Made by a program: the position numbers and the translations under genes. The notes under the pieces were generated by a model, which worked only from the letters and a program-made list of their open reading frames with translations, did no database searches and was not told where the DNA came from. Source: a plasmid. Taken from it: 64,000 nt of DNA. Positions 46,934-56,366 of the stretch are shown in pieces. The number at the start of each line of letters is the position of its first letter. The first letter of the stretch is position 1. The stretch is from sequence record NZ_CP033968.1; one strand, given 5' to 3'.

Positions 46934-47455
46934 ATGGCTACACAGTGTCTTGATGACGTCGCCGCCGCCGGAGAGCCGACCGGGCGGTCTGAGCAGTACC
47001 TGGTCGGATGGCGCTTTGGCGACTGGTTTTTGCAGCAGGGCGGTGACCCTGATGGCCGACCGAGCGAGCTTTGGTCTGCCGAAAAGGCCAGTGGCTTCCT
47101 TGACCGGTTGGCCTTGGAGGCTGAGGTGCCAAAGAGCGGCGCCGCGGCCAGCGCAGCGCCTGCCGAGCGCGGCTGGGAGGATGCCGAAGTGTCCGCCTTC
47201 GAGGTCCGGACCTCCGCCCAGGGCGACACCGTTTGGGTCAACTGGGCCGATGGCAATTGTATTGCCCGCTTTAGCAAGCGATTCGGCATCGACGTTCACG
47301 CTAGCGGCGAAGCGCAGATGGCCGGCGCTCCCCAGTGTCTCTATTGCACTCACGGCGCTGCCGGGCCGGAGCAGTGGCGCACGTTCCAGCAGAAGGTGCG
47401 TGAGCACCATGGCATCGATGTCCCAAATGACGCGATCGCCTTCGCCGGCGAATGA
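46934..47455 (+). CDS. hypothetical protein
   Basis: 173-aa ORF. Confidence 0.35.
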   Translation: MATQCLDDVAAAGEPTGRSEQYLVGWRFGDWFLQQGGDPDGRPSELWSAEKASGFLDRLALEAEVPKSGAAASAAPAERGWEDAEVSAFEVRTSAQGDTVWVNWADGNCIARFSKRFGIDVHASGEAQMAGAPQCLYCTHGAAGPEQWRTFQQKVREHHGIDVPNDAIAFAGE

Positions 47456-47508
47456 GCTGAGCGCACATCATTCGATTCTCACACCGTCTTCTCGAAGCAT
47501 CCCCACCA

Positions 47509-48135
47509 ATGCCGTTCCTCGCAGCCACCACGTTCTTGCTGTATGCCCACATGATCGCAACGTTCCGCGCGCTTTCGAACCGCGACGGACCGCAACGCCT
47601 AACTGCCGTGCTGCATTGGCTGGCCGCAACCGTTGGCGCCTGCGCGGTGATCTTCGGCTTCGGCCTTGAGGCAGTTTTCACCGGGGCGCAGCGACCAGGC
47701 ACTAACCTGAGCGTGCCGCTGTTTTTCGCCTTAGGCGTGCTAACCGTCATCGTGTTCGGCAAGAAGCTGCTCGCGGCTAGGCACCAGGCCGCGGAAGGGC
47801 CCGCATTTCGGGTCGGCATGATCGTCTGGGCCGTGCTCGCCGGCATCTACCTGACGGGGACGGCGATCGATCACTGGGTCTTCTTCAGCGACCGGGACAA
47901 GTCCGGAATTGGAGACGCTCGAGCTCTGGGCGTCGATGATGTTCAATGCGATGGCATCTCTCTCGTGCGAATCGACAGCGAGACGGCGCGGTACCGCTGC
48001 CCGACTTCGCTGGTTTGGGGCGGGGTACTGTCGGAGTGGCCGTTCGCGCCGTGGCCCAGCTACCAGGCAGGGGAGAGCGAGAAGCTGAAGCGCGGTATCG
48101 AGGCGCTCCACCGTAACGCCGTTCAGGTTCGATAG
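47509..48135 (+). CDS. membrane protein
   Basis: 4 TM helices in N-terminal half. Confidence 0.4.
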   Translation: MPFLAATTFLLYAHMIATFRALSNRDGPQRLTAVLHWLAATVGACAVIFGFGLEAVFTGAQRPGTNLSVPLFFALGVLTVIVFGKKLLAARHQAAEGPAFRVGMIVWAVLAGIYLTGTAIDHWVFFSDRDKSGIGDARALGVDDVQCDGISLVRIDSETARYRCPTSLVWGGVLSEWPFAPWPSYQAGESEKLKRGIEALHRNAVQVR

Positions 48136-48186
48136 CCTCTGGTGCTCTGCACATGGTGTGTTGCACGCGCCTAAAATTCGCTGTTG

Positions 48187-48200
48187 ACGTATCGATACGT
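48187..48200. promoter_or_regulatory. palindrome ACGTATCGATACGT (everted CGTATC/GATACG half-sites) within promoter-like region
   Basis: TTGACGTATCGATACGTGTTATGTAGCAT upstream of the 48238 gene. Confidence 0.4.
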
Positions 48201-48237
48201 GTTATGTAGCATAAGAACCGTTGAGTAACCGAAAAGG

Positions 48238-48498
48238 TTGATGCCCACCATGACTGCCCTTGTTGCTGCCCGTGTTGCCCTCGTGATCTGTGCCTTCATC
48301 TTCCTGATCGCTTTTCAGCGCCGGAAGCGCCTTTTCACCGTGAAAACGGGCAACGCCTCCTCCGTGCCCCCGGACTTCGACGCGTTTGTGACGGATCTGC
48401 TGGCCGAAAATCGACTGACTCTCGTCCTGAGCGGCTTTTTCGCCACTCTGTGCCTCGTGTACGTCGTCTATACGCTGTTCGTGCCCGGCGCCGCCTGA
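48238..48498 (+). CDS. small membrane protein
   Basis: 2 TM helices; followed by terminator 48524-48548 (GCCCGC gttat GCGGGC TTTTTTT). Confidence 0.4.
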   Translation: MMPTMTALVAARVALVICAFIFLIAFQRRKRLFTVKTGNASSVPPDFDAFVTDLLAENRLTLVLSGFFATLCLVYVVYTLFVPGAA

Positions 48499-48523
48499 CC
48501 CCTTTCTCCTCGTATCACCGCTT

Positions 48524-48548
48524 GCCCGCGTTATGCGGGCTTTTTTTC
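48524..48548 (+). terminator. rho-independent terminator
   Basis: GCCCGC-gttat-GCGGGC then TTTTTTT. Confidence 0.65.
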
Positions 48549-48608
48549 GCTCGAACATCGTGAGCCTTCCACTGAGCGTGTATTGCTACGCGATATGAAG
48601 CGAGATAG

Positions 48609-49445
48609 GTGGGAATGTGCTTGCCCAGGAGAGAAAAGTTGAAGTCAGTTCGCAGCCTGATCAAGGCAAAGGATGGGGCGGTGCGCTTTTGCGGCGTGGA
48701 GATGCCGCCGGAGACCGTTGATGGCCTGCGTGCAGTGCGCCGAGCCGCGTTTGCCGCGTCACAGTTGACCGAGGAATCCTGTCGATCGTTGCGGATGTTG
48801 GGTCTCGTGGAGCCGGCTCCAGGCGCAATTAGCGGCGAGGGTGCCGATGCCATGCGTGATGGCGCCTCGCTGAAGCTCACCGTGTTGGGCGCTCTGCTGT
48901 TGCGCGTACTAGAACGGCCAGAGGCCATTCGAGAAAATGCAAACACGACTGTGACTGTGTTTCCAGCAGATCCGGCCGTCTACGCGCTGGAGGCGAGCGC
49001 GGCGATCGCGCTCAGCAGGCTGTTTGCCGACAGGCGCGAAGAAACTCTGGCCATCGAGCTCGCGTTCCAGGCTGGCTATGCCAGCTACCCAAACCCTGAA
49101 CCATCTCCGTTCGTCGCCGGCGATATCGCACTGGCAAAGAACTGGAAGGCCGGCTGGGGCCAACGCGAGTATGAGTTGCGACCGCTCACGCGAGAGGACC
49201 TTCAAGCCACGATCCGCGAGATGTCGGCGCAGGCCAACCAGGGATGTGGCCAGTTCTACGAGCTCTACGAGCAGCGATTCACCGGCATGGTGGATGGATG
49301 GCTCCCAGATCTGCGAGACGGCGAAAGGGCGGTTGCTCTTGAACTGTTGAAAGGAGAGGCGTATTCACCTGATGCCGATGGACACTGGGCCTATGACGCC
49401 GAGGAAAACGACATTCACTTCCTGCCCAAGGACGGGGCTCGATGA
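48609..49445 (+). CDS. hypothetical protein
   Basis: 278-aa ORF, start uncertain (GTG 48609 / ATG 48615). Confidence 0.4.
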   Translation: MGMCLPRREKLKSVRSLIKAKDGAVRFCGVEMPPETVDGLRAVRRAAFAASQLTEESCRSLRMLGLVEPAPGAISGEGADAMRDGASLKLTVLGALLLRVLERPEAIRENANTTVTVFPADPAVYALEASAAIALSRLFADRREETLAIELAFQAGYASYPNPEPSPFVAGDIALAKNWKAGWGQREYELRPLTREDLQATIREMSAQANQGCGQFYELYEQRFTGMVDGWLPDLRDGERAVALELLKGEAYSPDADGHWAYDAEENDIHFLPKDGAR

Positions 49446-50149
49446 TGGGCGGCTTCCAGCCTTTGAGAGTTCTCTGGTGCTGCATCCGCAGGTTGACTGG
49501 CCGGCCATCGAACGAGTCGTCTGGTGATGTCCACCTTGAGATGCTCGCCGAGCAGCGGCAGATCCTGGTTCCGTCCCGCTTACGCGTTGTCGGGCCATTC
49601 GATCTGCAGTTCCACCAACTGCCCTACCATCAGCTCAGGCTTTCCGCCAGCTCGCAGGCGCAGCTGCAGGCAGTCAGCACAGTTGTCAGCCAGGGCACCT
49701 TGGTGATCGAGGTCGATCCCGGTGCCCACCACGCGTTCGAACATCAGGGACGCGTAGTCGTCGGTATTGCCGCGCCCCAGATCGCCGGCGTTGCCGCGGG
49801 CGGCGACGCGATCGTCAGCATCGCCGATATCGACGTAGATGCGCTCGAGATCCAAGGGGCCGACTCCAGTGAAGTATCGGCAGGCGGACGCTGCCGGCAC
49901 CTCACAGTCTCCGCCGGCGGGATGAGCTCGATTGACTGCGAGGCACTGGTCACTTCTCAGGCCGATTGTCACATCACAAAGAACGCTTCCTGCAGAACCT
50001 TCGCTCTCGATTCCATTTGCGCGCAGGTATCAGGCCGTGCGTCCTTGGCAATTGGTGGGCGTCCATGGAGGGAAGAAATCGCGATCGCGGACGACGGCTA
50101 CGTCAGCCGGTTGTGGGGTGCCGCCGCCGAGGGACTTGACTCGCGCTAA
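49442..50149 (+). CDS. DUF2807-like (GIN/adhesin-head beta-helix) hypothetical protein
   Basis: ATGA overlap; repetitive V/A/G-rich beta-strand pattern. Confidence 0.35.
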   Translation: MMGGFQPLRVLWCCIRRLTGRPSNESSGDVHLEMLAEQRQILVPSRLRVVGPFDLQFHQLPYHQLRLSASSQAQLQAVSTVVSQGTLVIEVDPGAHHAFEHQGRVVVGIAAPQIAGVAAGGDAIVSIADIDVDALEIQGADSSEVSAGGRCRHLTVSAGGMSSIDCEALVTSQADCHITKNASCRTFALDSICAQVSGRASLAIGGRPWREEIAIADDGYVSRLWGAAAEGLDSR

Positions 50150-50204
50150 AGAGTATGAATGGGGCGAAGCCAAGTCGCCTCTGTTGCAAACAGGAGAAGG
50201 TGTC

Positions 50205-50492
50205 ATGAACAAAGCAGAGTTGGTGGCGAAAGTCGCCCAAGGTTGCGGTCTCACGAAGGTCGCCGCAGAGCGTGCACTTCAGACGGTCTTGTCGGCGATT
50301 GAGAACGAGGTCGCCGCGGGTGGCGAGGTGACCATTGTTGGATTTGGCGCATTCCGTGGGGTCACCCGCGCCGCCCGCGCCGCGCGAAACCCTCGCACTG
50401 GGGCCTTCGTCGAGATCCCCTCCAGGACGGTCCCGACCTTCGCGCCCGGCAAGGGCTTCAAGGACAAGGTTGTTGGCTGGAAGCGCAACTAG
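50205..50492 (+). CDS. HU/IHF-family DNA-binding protein
   Basis: AGGAGAAGG RBS; MNKAELVAKVAQGCGLTKVAAERAL...VTIVGFGAF...RNPRTG typical of HU. Confidence 0.8.
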   Translation: MNKAELVAKVAQGCGLTKVAAERALQTVLSAIENEVAAGGEVTIVGFGAFRGVTRAARAARNPRTGAFVEIPSRTVPTFAPGKGFKDKVVGWKRN

Positions 50493-50536
50493 GCCGCGGC
50501 ATTGAACCGCAGTTGTGGCCCATCAACGGAGACATC

Positions 50537-51301
50537 GTGACTGCTAAAAAATCCACCACCGCCTTGGAACTGGGTTGGCCGCGGCGCCGGCAAGAGAGCG
50601 GCTACTTCAGCGAAGTCGAGGCGTTGACTGACGGAATCCGCCTTGACGCCGAGTTTGCCGAGGAGCCGTGGCTTGTCCTCTGCCAGGTGTCCGACAGCTT
50701 TCTCTCGGAAGACTCCGGCGTGGATGCCAGGGGCGTGCATGCGCAGGCGTTCAGGCAAGGCGAGTCTTTTCCACGTGCGTATGCTGAGTTCGACTTGTTG
50801 TCGCCATGCGCCGGCCAGGCGCTGGAGGAGTGGCAGTTTCTAGACGCTTGCGATAGCGCTAGCAGTGCGCTGAGCTCAATGGCGATCGCACTGTCGCAAT
50901 CGGCCGTGCAGGACGTCGGCGGTTTGCTCGGGTCGGCTCCGATCCTGCACCTCTCCCGCATTGAGGTGAGGGCTGACCAGCAAGGTCAAGGGTTGGGCGA
51001 GTGGCTGGGCCAGTTCATGCTGAGGTGGCTGTGCTCCTCGTTTGCCCCCGGGCTACTGATCGTGCAGCCGTTCCCTCTCCAGTTCGAAAGCTGTTCGCCC
51101 TGTGAAGGTACGCCTTCACATGCGGCGTTCCGAGACGAGTTCGAAGCCGCCGCCGCCACGCTCGCCGGCTACTACTCCCGAACGCTGAACGTCAACGCAG
51201 TGCGAGAAGGCGACTCCCATCTAATTGGCGCACTTGCCGGTTGGCGGCTGCTCGTCGACGAGTTCGGGTGGTCGCTGGCACCCCAGAAGGAATCAGAATG
51301 A
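50537..51301 (+). CDS. GNAT-like acetyltransferase (putative)
   Basis: GGAGA RBS then GTG 50537; IEVRADQQGQGLGEWL resembles GNAT motif A. Confidence 0.35.
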   Translation: MTAKKSTTALELGWPRRRQESGYFSEVEALTDGIRLDAEFAEEPWLVLCQVSDSFLSEDSGVDARGVHAQAFRQGESFPRAYAEFDLLSPCAGQALEEWQFLDACDSASSALSSMAIALSQSAVQDVGGLLGSAPILHLSRIEVRADQQGQGLGEWLGQFMLRWLCSSFAPGLLIVQPFPLQFESCSPCEGTPSHAAFRDEFEAAAATLAGYYSRTLNVNAVREGDSHLIGALAGWRLLVDEFGWSLAPQKESE

Positions 51302-51573
51302 ACGTACGGACCATCATCGTGAACTGGTGGCAGAGCTTTCGCCCATATCTGCTGCTCACAATCGCTTTCAACGTCCTTGTGATTGCATTCCTGCTCGCGT
51401 CGGTCGCGATCGCTGCCAGGGACCTACTCCACAGCAGCACCTGGTACGTGCGTTTGTGGGCCGCCGCAGAGACCGTCGGCTGGGTGTCCGGTGGGCTGGC
51501 TGTGCTGTCTGCAGCATGGCTGATTTGCAAACTCGTGCGTCACAAACGACCAAGCAATGGAGGTGTCGCATGA
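51298..51573 (+). CDS. small membrane protein
   Basis: AAGGAA RBS; ATGA overlaps at both ends. Confidence 0.45.
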   Translation: MNVRTIIVNWWQSFRPYLLLTIAFNVLVIAFLLASVAIAARDLLHSSTWYVRLWAAAETVGWVSGGLAVLSAAWLICKLVRHKRPSNGGVA

Positions 51574-52526
51574 GCCTCTTCCTGTCGGGTCTGGCGCTGA
51601 CCGCCGCTGGGCCGGCCATGGTGGCTTACGGCCGCCGGCGGGGGGAGACAGACGAGGTCAACAGCAGGCTTCTGTCCCTTGGCTACTCATGTGCGATCTT
51701 CGGCCCGTTTTTGTTATTGGTCTACGTGGCCACTTTGCCCTCAGCACTGCTGGTAGCAGCAGCGGTGAGTGGCCTTCTATGGGGGGCGGACTGGTTGGCC
51801 AAGCGCACGCGTGGGCGCCGCTGGACGTCCGGGGCGGCGCGTTACGGGAGCGACGCGTTCCTCATGGTGCTGGGCGTATGCGTAGTGAGGTTCTTCGTTG
51901 TGGAGCCGTTCGTCGTCCCGTCGTCATCCATGCGGCCGACGCTATCAGTTGGCGACGTGATCATCGTGGACAAGTTCTCCTATGGCATCCGCCTGCCAGT
52001 GCTCAACCTCCCGCTGATCCCAACCGGCCAGCCCGCTAGAGGACAGATGATCGTTTTCGAGTACCCGCCCGATCGGAGCCGTGCGTTCGTGAAACGAGTC
52101 ATCGGAATCCCGGGGGATACCGTCCGCGTCGATGATTCAGGTATCGAGATCAACGGTGAAAGGCTTCCTCAGGCCCCCGCCGGCAGCTACACCTACACGA
52201 GCGATGCTGGCCATCCCGTGGCGGCCGACCAGTTCGTCGAGCGGCTCGGATCGACGAGCTACCAGTCACTCCACCGGCCCGGAACCCCTTGGGCGGATCT
52301 GGCCGCCGTCGAGGCGTTGCACCCCAAGAATGGTTGCGCCTTCGGCAGAGCGGGAATGCAGTGCATCGTGCCCGCAGGGCACTATTTCGTGATCGGGGAC
52401 AACCGAAGCGATAGCCTGGACGGCCGATACTGGGGCTTCGTGCCGGACAGCCATCTCCTAGGGAGGGTCGATGCCGTTCTCGGGAACACCAGTGGGCCCC
52501 GTTACACAGGGGCTTGGTTGCGCTGA
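51570..52526 (+). CDS. signal peptidase I (S26 family, LepB-like)
   Basis: GGAGGTG RBS; box B SSSMRPTL, box D VKRVIGIPGD, box E GDNRSDSLDGRYWGFV; 2 N-terminal TM helices. Confidence 0.75.
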   Translation: MSLFLSGLALTAAGPAMVAYGRRRGETDEVNSRLLSLGYSCAIFGPFLLLVYVATLPSALLVAAAVSGLLWGADWLAKRTRGRRWTSGAARYGSDAFLMVLGVCVVRFFVVEPFVVPSSSMRPTLSVGDVIIVDKFSYGIRLPVLNLPLIPTGQPARGQMIVFEYPPDRSRAFVKRVIGIPGDTVRVDDSGIEINGERLPQAPAGSYTYTSDAGHPVAADQFVERLGSTSYQSLHRPGTPWADLAAVEALHPKNGCAFGRAGMQCIVPAGHYFVIGDNRSDSLDGRYWGFVPDSHLLGRVDAVLGNTSGPRYTGAWLR

Positions 52527-52614
52527 AAGAACATGTTCGCGGCAAAACGATACCTAACAGGTACAAACACGACTAGAATAGCGATCTGATACAACGGCCA
52601 CACAGGAATTCCCC

Positions 52615-52851
52615 ATGGAACACGTTCGCGCAAACTGGCGCTCCTACTTGCTTGCCCTGATCCTGATCGCGGCGCTGACGATCCTGTTCTGCGTTGTCCT
52701 GGGCCCGATGCTGGGCATTGCGCTGAGCGTGATCTCGCCTCTCAAGGTCGTTGTGGTGCTGCTTGTCACCGGGGCGCTTCTGCGATATCTCCTGCACTCC
52801 GTGGACAAGGTTGATCGGACGCACGTCGAGACGTCCGCGCACGGTCGATAA
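52615..52851 (+). CDS. small membrane protein
   Basis: AGGAA RBS; 2 TM helices. Confidence 0.4.
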   Translation: MEHVRANWRSYLLALILIAALTILFCVVLGPMLGIALSVISPLKVVVVLLVTGALLRYLLHSVDKVDRTHVETSAHGR

Positions 52852-52879
52852 CTACCTGGAAGCCCGATCGTTGCCCATA

Positions 52880-52907
52880 AGGCCTGCCGAACCGGCAGGC
52901 CTTTTTC
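52880..52907 (+). terminator. rho-independent terminator
   Basis: AGGCCTGCC-gaacc-GGCAGGCCT then TTTTT. Confidence 0.65.
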
Positions 52908-52984
52908 ATATAGTCGTGTGGAGGACATATCAGTCCACAAGGCCCATGGATCGGGTTTGATCACCCATGCTCAAGGAGATACTC

Positions 52985-53335
52985 ATGAATGAAGCAATCA
53001 CCACGCAAGTAATGGTCTTCACGAACGGTCGGATCGCCATTCAACTCTGGGCTGATGAGGGTCCATACGCCAGGCTGAACGTGAACCTGCCCGATGAAGC
53101 CTTCGCAGACGATGAGATCGCCATCAACTGGGATCTCGACGACAGCGTCCTGAAGTCGATTCTTGACCTCAACAAGTTCCAGGAAACCGATCGCGTCGTT
53201 CGCTCCGGACACGCCGTTTGTGCGGTCTGGAAAGTGGTCTGCCCGGAGATGCTTCAGGAGGCCGCGCAACTGCGCAAGCAGATCAGGCGCCATACGAGCC
53301 GCCGGACGTCGATGAGTAAGGCTGCCATGCACTGA
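52985..53335 (+). CDS. hypothetical protein
   Basis: AAGGAGA RBS before ATG 52985. Confidence 0.4.
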   Translation: MNEAITTQVMVFTNGRIAIQLWADEGPYARLNVNLPDEAFADDEIAINWDLDDSVLKSILDLNKFQETDRVVRSGHAVCAVWKVVCPEMLQEAAQLRKQIRRHTSRRTSMSKAAMH

Positions 53336-53362
53336 CAGCTCACTGCACTTAACCCTGCACCA

Positions 53363-53398
53363 CCCCCGCTACGCGTTATCGCGAGCGGGGGTTTTTTC
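53363..53398 (+). terminator. rho-independent terminator
   Basis: CCCCCGCT...AGCGGGGG then TTTTTTCTTTT. Confidence 0.7.
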
Positions 53399-53480
53399 TT
53401 TTGGTCTTTCCATTTTTCGGCTTGACCAAAATAACAGTAACACGTAACAATACGGCAACTGAAGCCGTCAACTAAACAAG

Positions 53481-54365
53481 ATGAACGACCAGGACAAGAT
53501 TCGCCAATTGGGGCAGTACCCGACGCCCGCGTTGAACGACCAGGACAAGATTCGCCAATTGGGGCAGTACCCGACGCCCGCGTGGGCGGCGGAGCAGCTT
53601 GTCGAGCGGTACTTCGGCGACCTCGGGCGAGACGACCTTGTTATCGAGCCGGCCTGCGGCCCTGGCGCTTTCCTTGGGGCAATTCCGACTGATGTGCCGG
53701 CGATCGGCGTTGAGATTGATCCACTGGCGGCCGAGTGCGCGCGAGTCGCGACCGGACGCGAGGTAATCACTGGTGACTTCTGCACGGTTGACTTGGAGGC
53801 GAGGCCCACGGCAATCATCGGCAACCCTCCGTTCAAGCTGGCGCTGGTGGACAAGTTCCTTGCTCGCGCACATGCATTGCTGCCGGAAGGGGGGAGGGTT
53901 GGATTCCTTCTGCCGGCCTACGCGTTCCAGACCGCGAGCCGCGTAGTGGACTACAACCAGCGTTGGACCATCGCGCAGGAGCTCGTGCCGCGGAATGTGT
54001 TCGATGGCTTGCGGCTCCCCTTGGTGTTCGCGCTCTTTCACAAAGAGCGCCATCGCAGGCTTCTGGGATTTGCCTTGTTTCACGAGACCGTTGCTGTGCA
54101 CCGCATGCAGGACGACTACCAGTTCGTTCTGAAGCAGGGGAGCGGCCCCATTTGGCGCAAGGTTATCGAGCTTGCGCTACGCCGCCTGGGAGGTGAGGCT
54201 AGCTTGGCTGATATTTATGAAGAGCTGCAGCGCAACCGTCCAACTGACACCCGTTGGTGGAGAGAGAAGATCCGTCAAACCTTACGGCGTTATGCCGAGG
54301 TATTTGTTGTAAAGGGGGAGGGAAGATATGCGCTGTCCGCCTCGCCCAACTGTACAGGCGCGTAG
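53481..54365 (+). CDS. N6-adenine DNA methyltransferase (small gamma-class) carrying N-terminal in-frame tandem duplication
   Basis: LGQYPTP (twice), motif I IEPACGPGAFL, motif IV IIGNPPF. Confidence 0.7.
   Translation: MNDQDKIRQLGQYPTPALNDQDKIRQLGQYPTPAWAAEQLVERYFGDLGRDDLVIEPACGPGAFLGAIPTDVPAIGVEIDPLAAECARVATGREVITGDFCTVDLEARPTAIIGNPPFKLALVDKFLARAHALLPEGGRVGFLLPAYAFQTASRVVDYNQRWTIAQELVPRNVFDGLRLPLVFALFHKERHRRLLGFALFHETVAVHRMQDDYQFVLKQGSGPIWRKVIELALRRLGGEASLADIYEELQRNRPTDTRWWREKIRQTLRRYAEVFVVKGEGRYALSASPNCTGA
53484..53585 (+). repeat. 51-bp direct tandem duplication (2 copies, 50/51 identical) inside methyltransferase 5' end
   Basis: AACGACCAGGACAAGATTCGCCAATTGGGGCAGTACCCGACGCCCGCGT(T/G)G at 53484-53534 and 53535-53585. 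Confidence 0.9.
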
Positions 54366-54429
54366 GCGGTTCCGCAATCAGCCGGTTGCGGCGACCGTCG
54401 TGGTCGTCTCGGTAATCAAGGAGTGGGTG

Positions 54430-54684
54430 ATGTCGAAGTCGTTGTTGGTGCGGATTGCATTCTGTGCGTCCATCTTTGTGCTGCTCGTGGGAATCGTCGG
54501 CCTAGCGCTTTGGCTCGGCGCTGCCTTGCCGATGAACGGGTTATCAGGTGGGTCAAGGCTTACCAATGGGCTAATGTGGTTGGCTAGCTTCCTCGCTCTA
54601 TGCCTGCTTGTCGCCCAGATTCCTTCGTGGTTCCGGGGAAAGCGTCGGAGCGAGCCGCTCGAAGGTCGTCAATGTGGAGAATAG
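54430..54684 (+). CDS. small membrane protein
   Basis: AAGGAG RBS before ATG 54430. Confidence 0.4.
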   Translation: MSKSLLVRIAFCASIFVLLVGIVGLALWLGAALPMNGLSGGSRLTNGLMWLASFLALCLLVAQIPSWFRGKRRSEPLEGRQCGE

Positions 54685-54685
54685 T

Positions 54686-55111
54686 ATGGGTACTTACCTG
54701 AGGCTGATCTTGAAGAATGCTCTCAAATGCGCGTTGGCCGCAACGCTCCTCGGCCTGACGCAGGCCGCCAACGCGATTGAAATGAATCTGGCGTCAACAG
54801 ACGCGGTCGTGGACAAGGCCAAGTTCACGGAGGTAGTGACCCAGTTCCTTCCCGCCAAGGTCCAGGCCCTTGATTCGAACTACAGGCTGATTGGAGTCAT
54901 GGAGACCGCATCCTATCGGGACGGAGAGCGGTTCTTCTACTACAGCCTGATGCTCCACAAGAAGGTGATCGACCGCGACAGTGGCAAGACGTACTGGGCC
55001 GTTACCGGCGGCATCCGTGCGCATGGCATCACCGCCGGCGGCGAAGAGTTGATCAAGCATGTACGTGAAGACCTGGTGCTGGGCGCCAACTCATTCCCCA
55101 TGGATCAATAA
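54686..55111 (+). CDS. secreted hypothetical protein
   Basis: GGAGAA RBS; signal peptide ending AANA. Confidence 0.45.
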   Translation: MGTYLRLILKNALKCALAATLLGLTQAANAIEMNLASTDAVVDKAKFTEVVTQFLPAKVQALDSNYRLIGVMETASYRDGERFFYYSLMLHKKVIDRDSGKTYWAVTGGIRAHGITAGGEELIKHVREDLVLGANSFPMDQ

Positions 55112-55131
55112 GACGCCGCTGGATTGCTCGG

Positions 55132-55521
55132 ATGAACATGAATCGAAAGTTCCTTGTGGTTGACGACTTCGCCACGATGCGTCGCATCGTTCGAAACTTG
55201 CTCAAGGACATTGGCCACGCGAATGTGGAGGAGGCGGAGGACGGCGTCGATGCATTGGAGAAGCTGGAGGCTGGATCGTTTGACGTTGTCCTGACGGATT
55301 GGAACATGCCTCGCATGGACGGGTTGACCTTGCTCCAAACGCTTCGCCAATCTGAGAAGTACTCCGGCGTGCGCGTGTTGATGGTCACCGCTGAGGGCAA
55401 GAAGGACAACATCATCGCAGCGGCTCACGCCGGCGCCGACGGCTACATCGTTAAGCCCTTCACCGCGGCGACGTTGGGTGAGAAGCTCGACCGGATCTTC
55501 AGTCGGCTCGGCGAGGCATAA
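55132..55521 (+). CDS. CheY-like single-domain response regulator
   Basis: [15 protein letters not shown]...[10 protein letters not shown]...VKPF are hallmark receiver-domain residues. Confidence 0.8.
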   Translation: MNMNRKFLVVDDFATMRRIVRNLLKDIGHANVEEAEDGVDALEKLEAGSFDVVLTDWNMPRMDGLTLLQTLRQSEKYSGVRVLMVTAEGKKDNIIAAAHAGADGYIVKPFTAATLGEKLDRIFSRLGEA

Positions 55522-55634
55522 GAAGCGGGCGGGGCTACTCGTTTGTCTTGGAATCCAATACTGGGACGTGTTGTGTAGCGAAACGTCCGTCGAATGAATC
55601 CAGAATGGTCGACGGCATCGCATTACAGGAGTGA

Positions 55635-56366
55635 ATGATGAACTATCACCGCTGGATCTGCTCGCTATTGCTGGCTCTTGCCGTATTCGGAGTCGCTGGA
55701 TGCACCCAAAGTGCACCGGTGGAGCAAGTGTCTGTCATCGATCGGGCAAAGGCCGAATCTGATGGAAACAAGGCCCTTGAAATTCTGGAGGCCGAGTTGG
55801 GCAGGACTGATCCTGACACCACGAGCATTTGCGGCTTCCCGAGGATTTGCGGGGAGGCCTTTCGTGCATACCGACGGGATCTGTATGTAGCACTGGATGC
55901 GCGGGCTGCAGAGCTGGCGCCTGTGTTGGCGACGGATCAACTCCTGAGGTACGTACGGACCTATGAGATGAAAGCCAGCCGCGAAGCCGTTGCTGAGCAG
56001 ATTGTCGAGCGGGCCAAGACGGCAGAAGGGAAACCTGGTGACGTTCCGCTGTTGGATGATGCTGCATCGCTTATGGCTGAAGGAAGGTCCGTGCTGCGGA
56101 ATCGCGATGTCGCCGTGGCATTCTTCGAACGGTCCTGGTTGGCTGGATCGACGTACGCGGCCAAAGGACTTGCCGATCTCTACCTAAAATCGGGGGACTT
56201 AGACAACGCTTATCTCTGGTCGGTCAGGAACAAGACGCCTGGCGTGGTCTGGACTAGCCGCATTGAGGGTTTGTCGCCGGAAGCGATCCATAACGCCGAG
56301 GCCGTAGCGTCGAACAAGTCGATCTTGTCTATGCGTGCCGACAAGGCAGGAGGGCCACGTACGTGA
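55635..56366 (+). CDS. lipoprotein
   Basis: ACAGGAG RBS; lipobox VFGVAGC. Confidence 0.5.
   Translation: MMNYHRWICSLLLALAVFGVAGCTQSAPVEQVSVIDRAKAESDGNKALEILEAELGRTDPDTTSICGFPRICGEAFRAYRRDLYVALDARAAELAPVLATDQLLRYVRTYEMKASREAVAEQIVERAKTAEGKPGDVPLLDDAASLMAEGRSVLRNRDVAVAFFERSWLAGSTYAAKGLADLYLKSGDLDNAYLWSVRNKTPGVVWTSRIEGLSPEAIHNAEAVASNKSILSMRADKAGGPRT

Noticed and set aside
46748-47669. Several overlapping ORFs on both strands (46748..47410 -, 46873..47289 -, 46950..47669 +)
   Set aside because: They overlap one another and the 46934..47455 and 47509..48135 genes. Their Ala/Arg/Pro-rich composition is typical of spurious high-GC frames.
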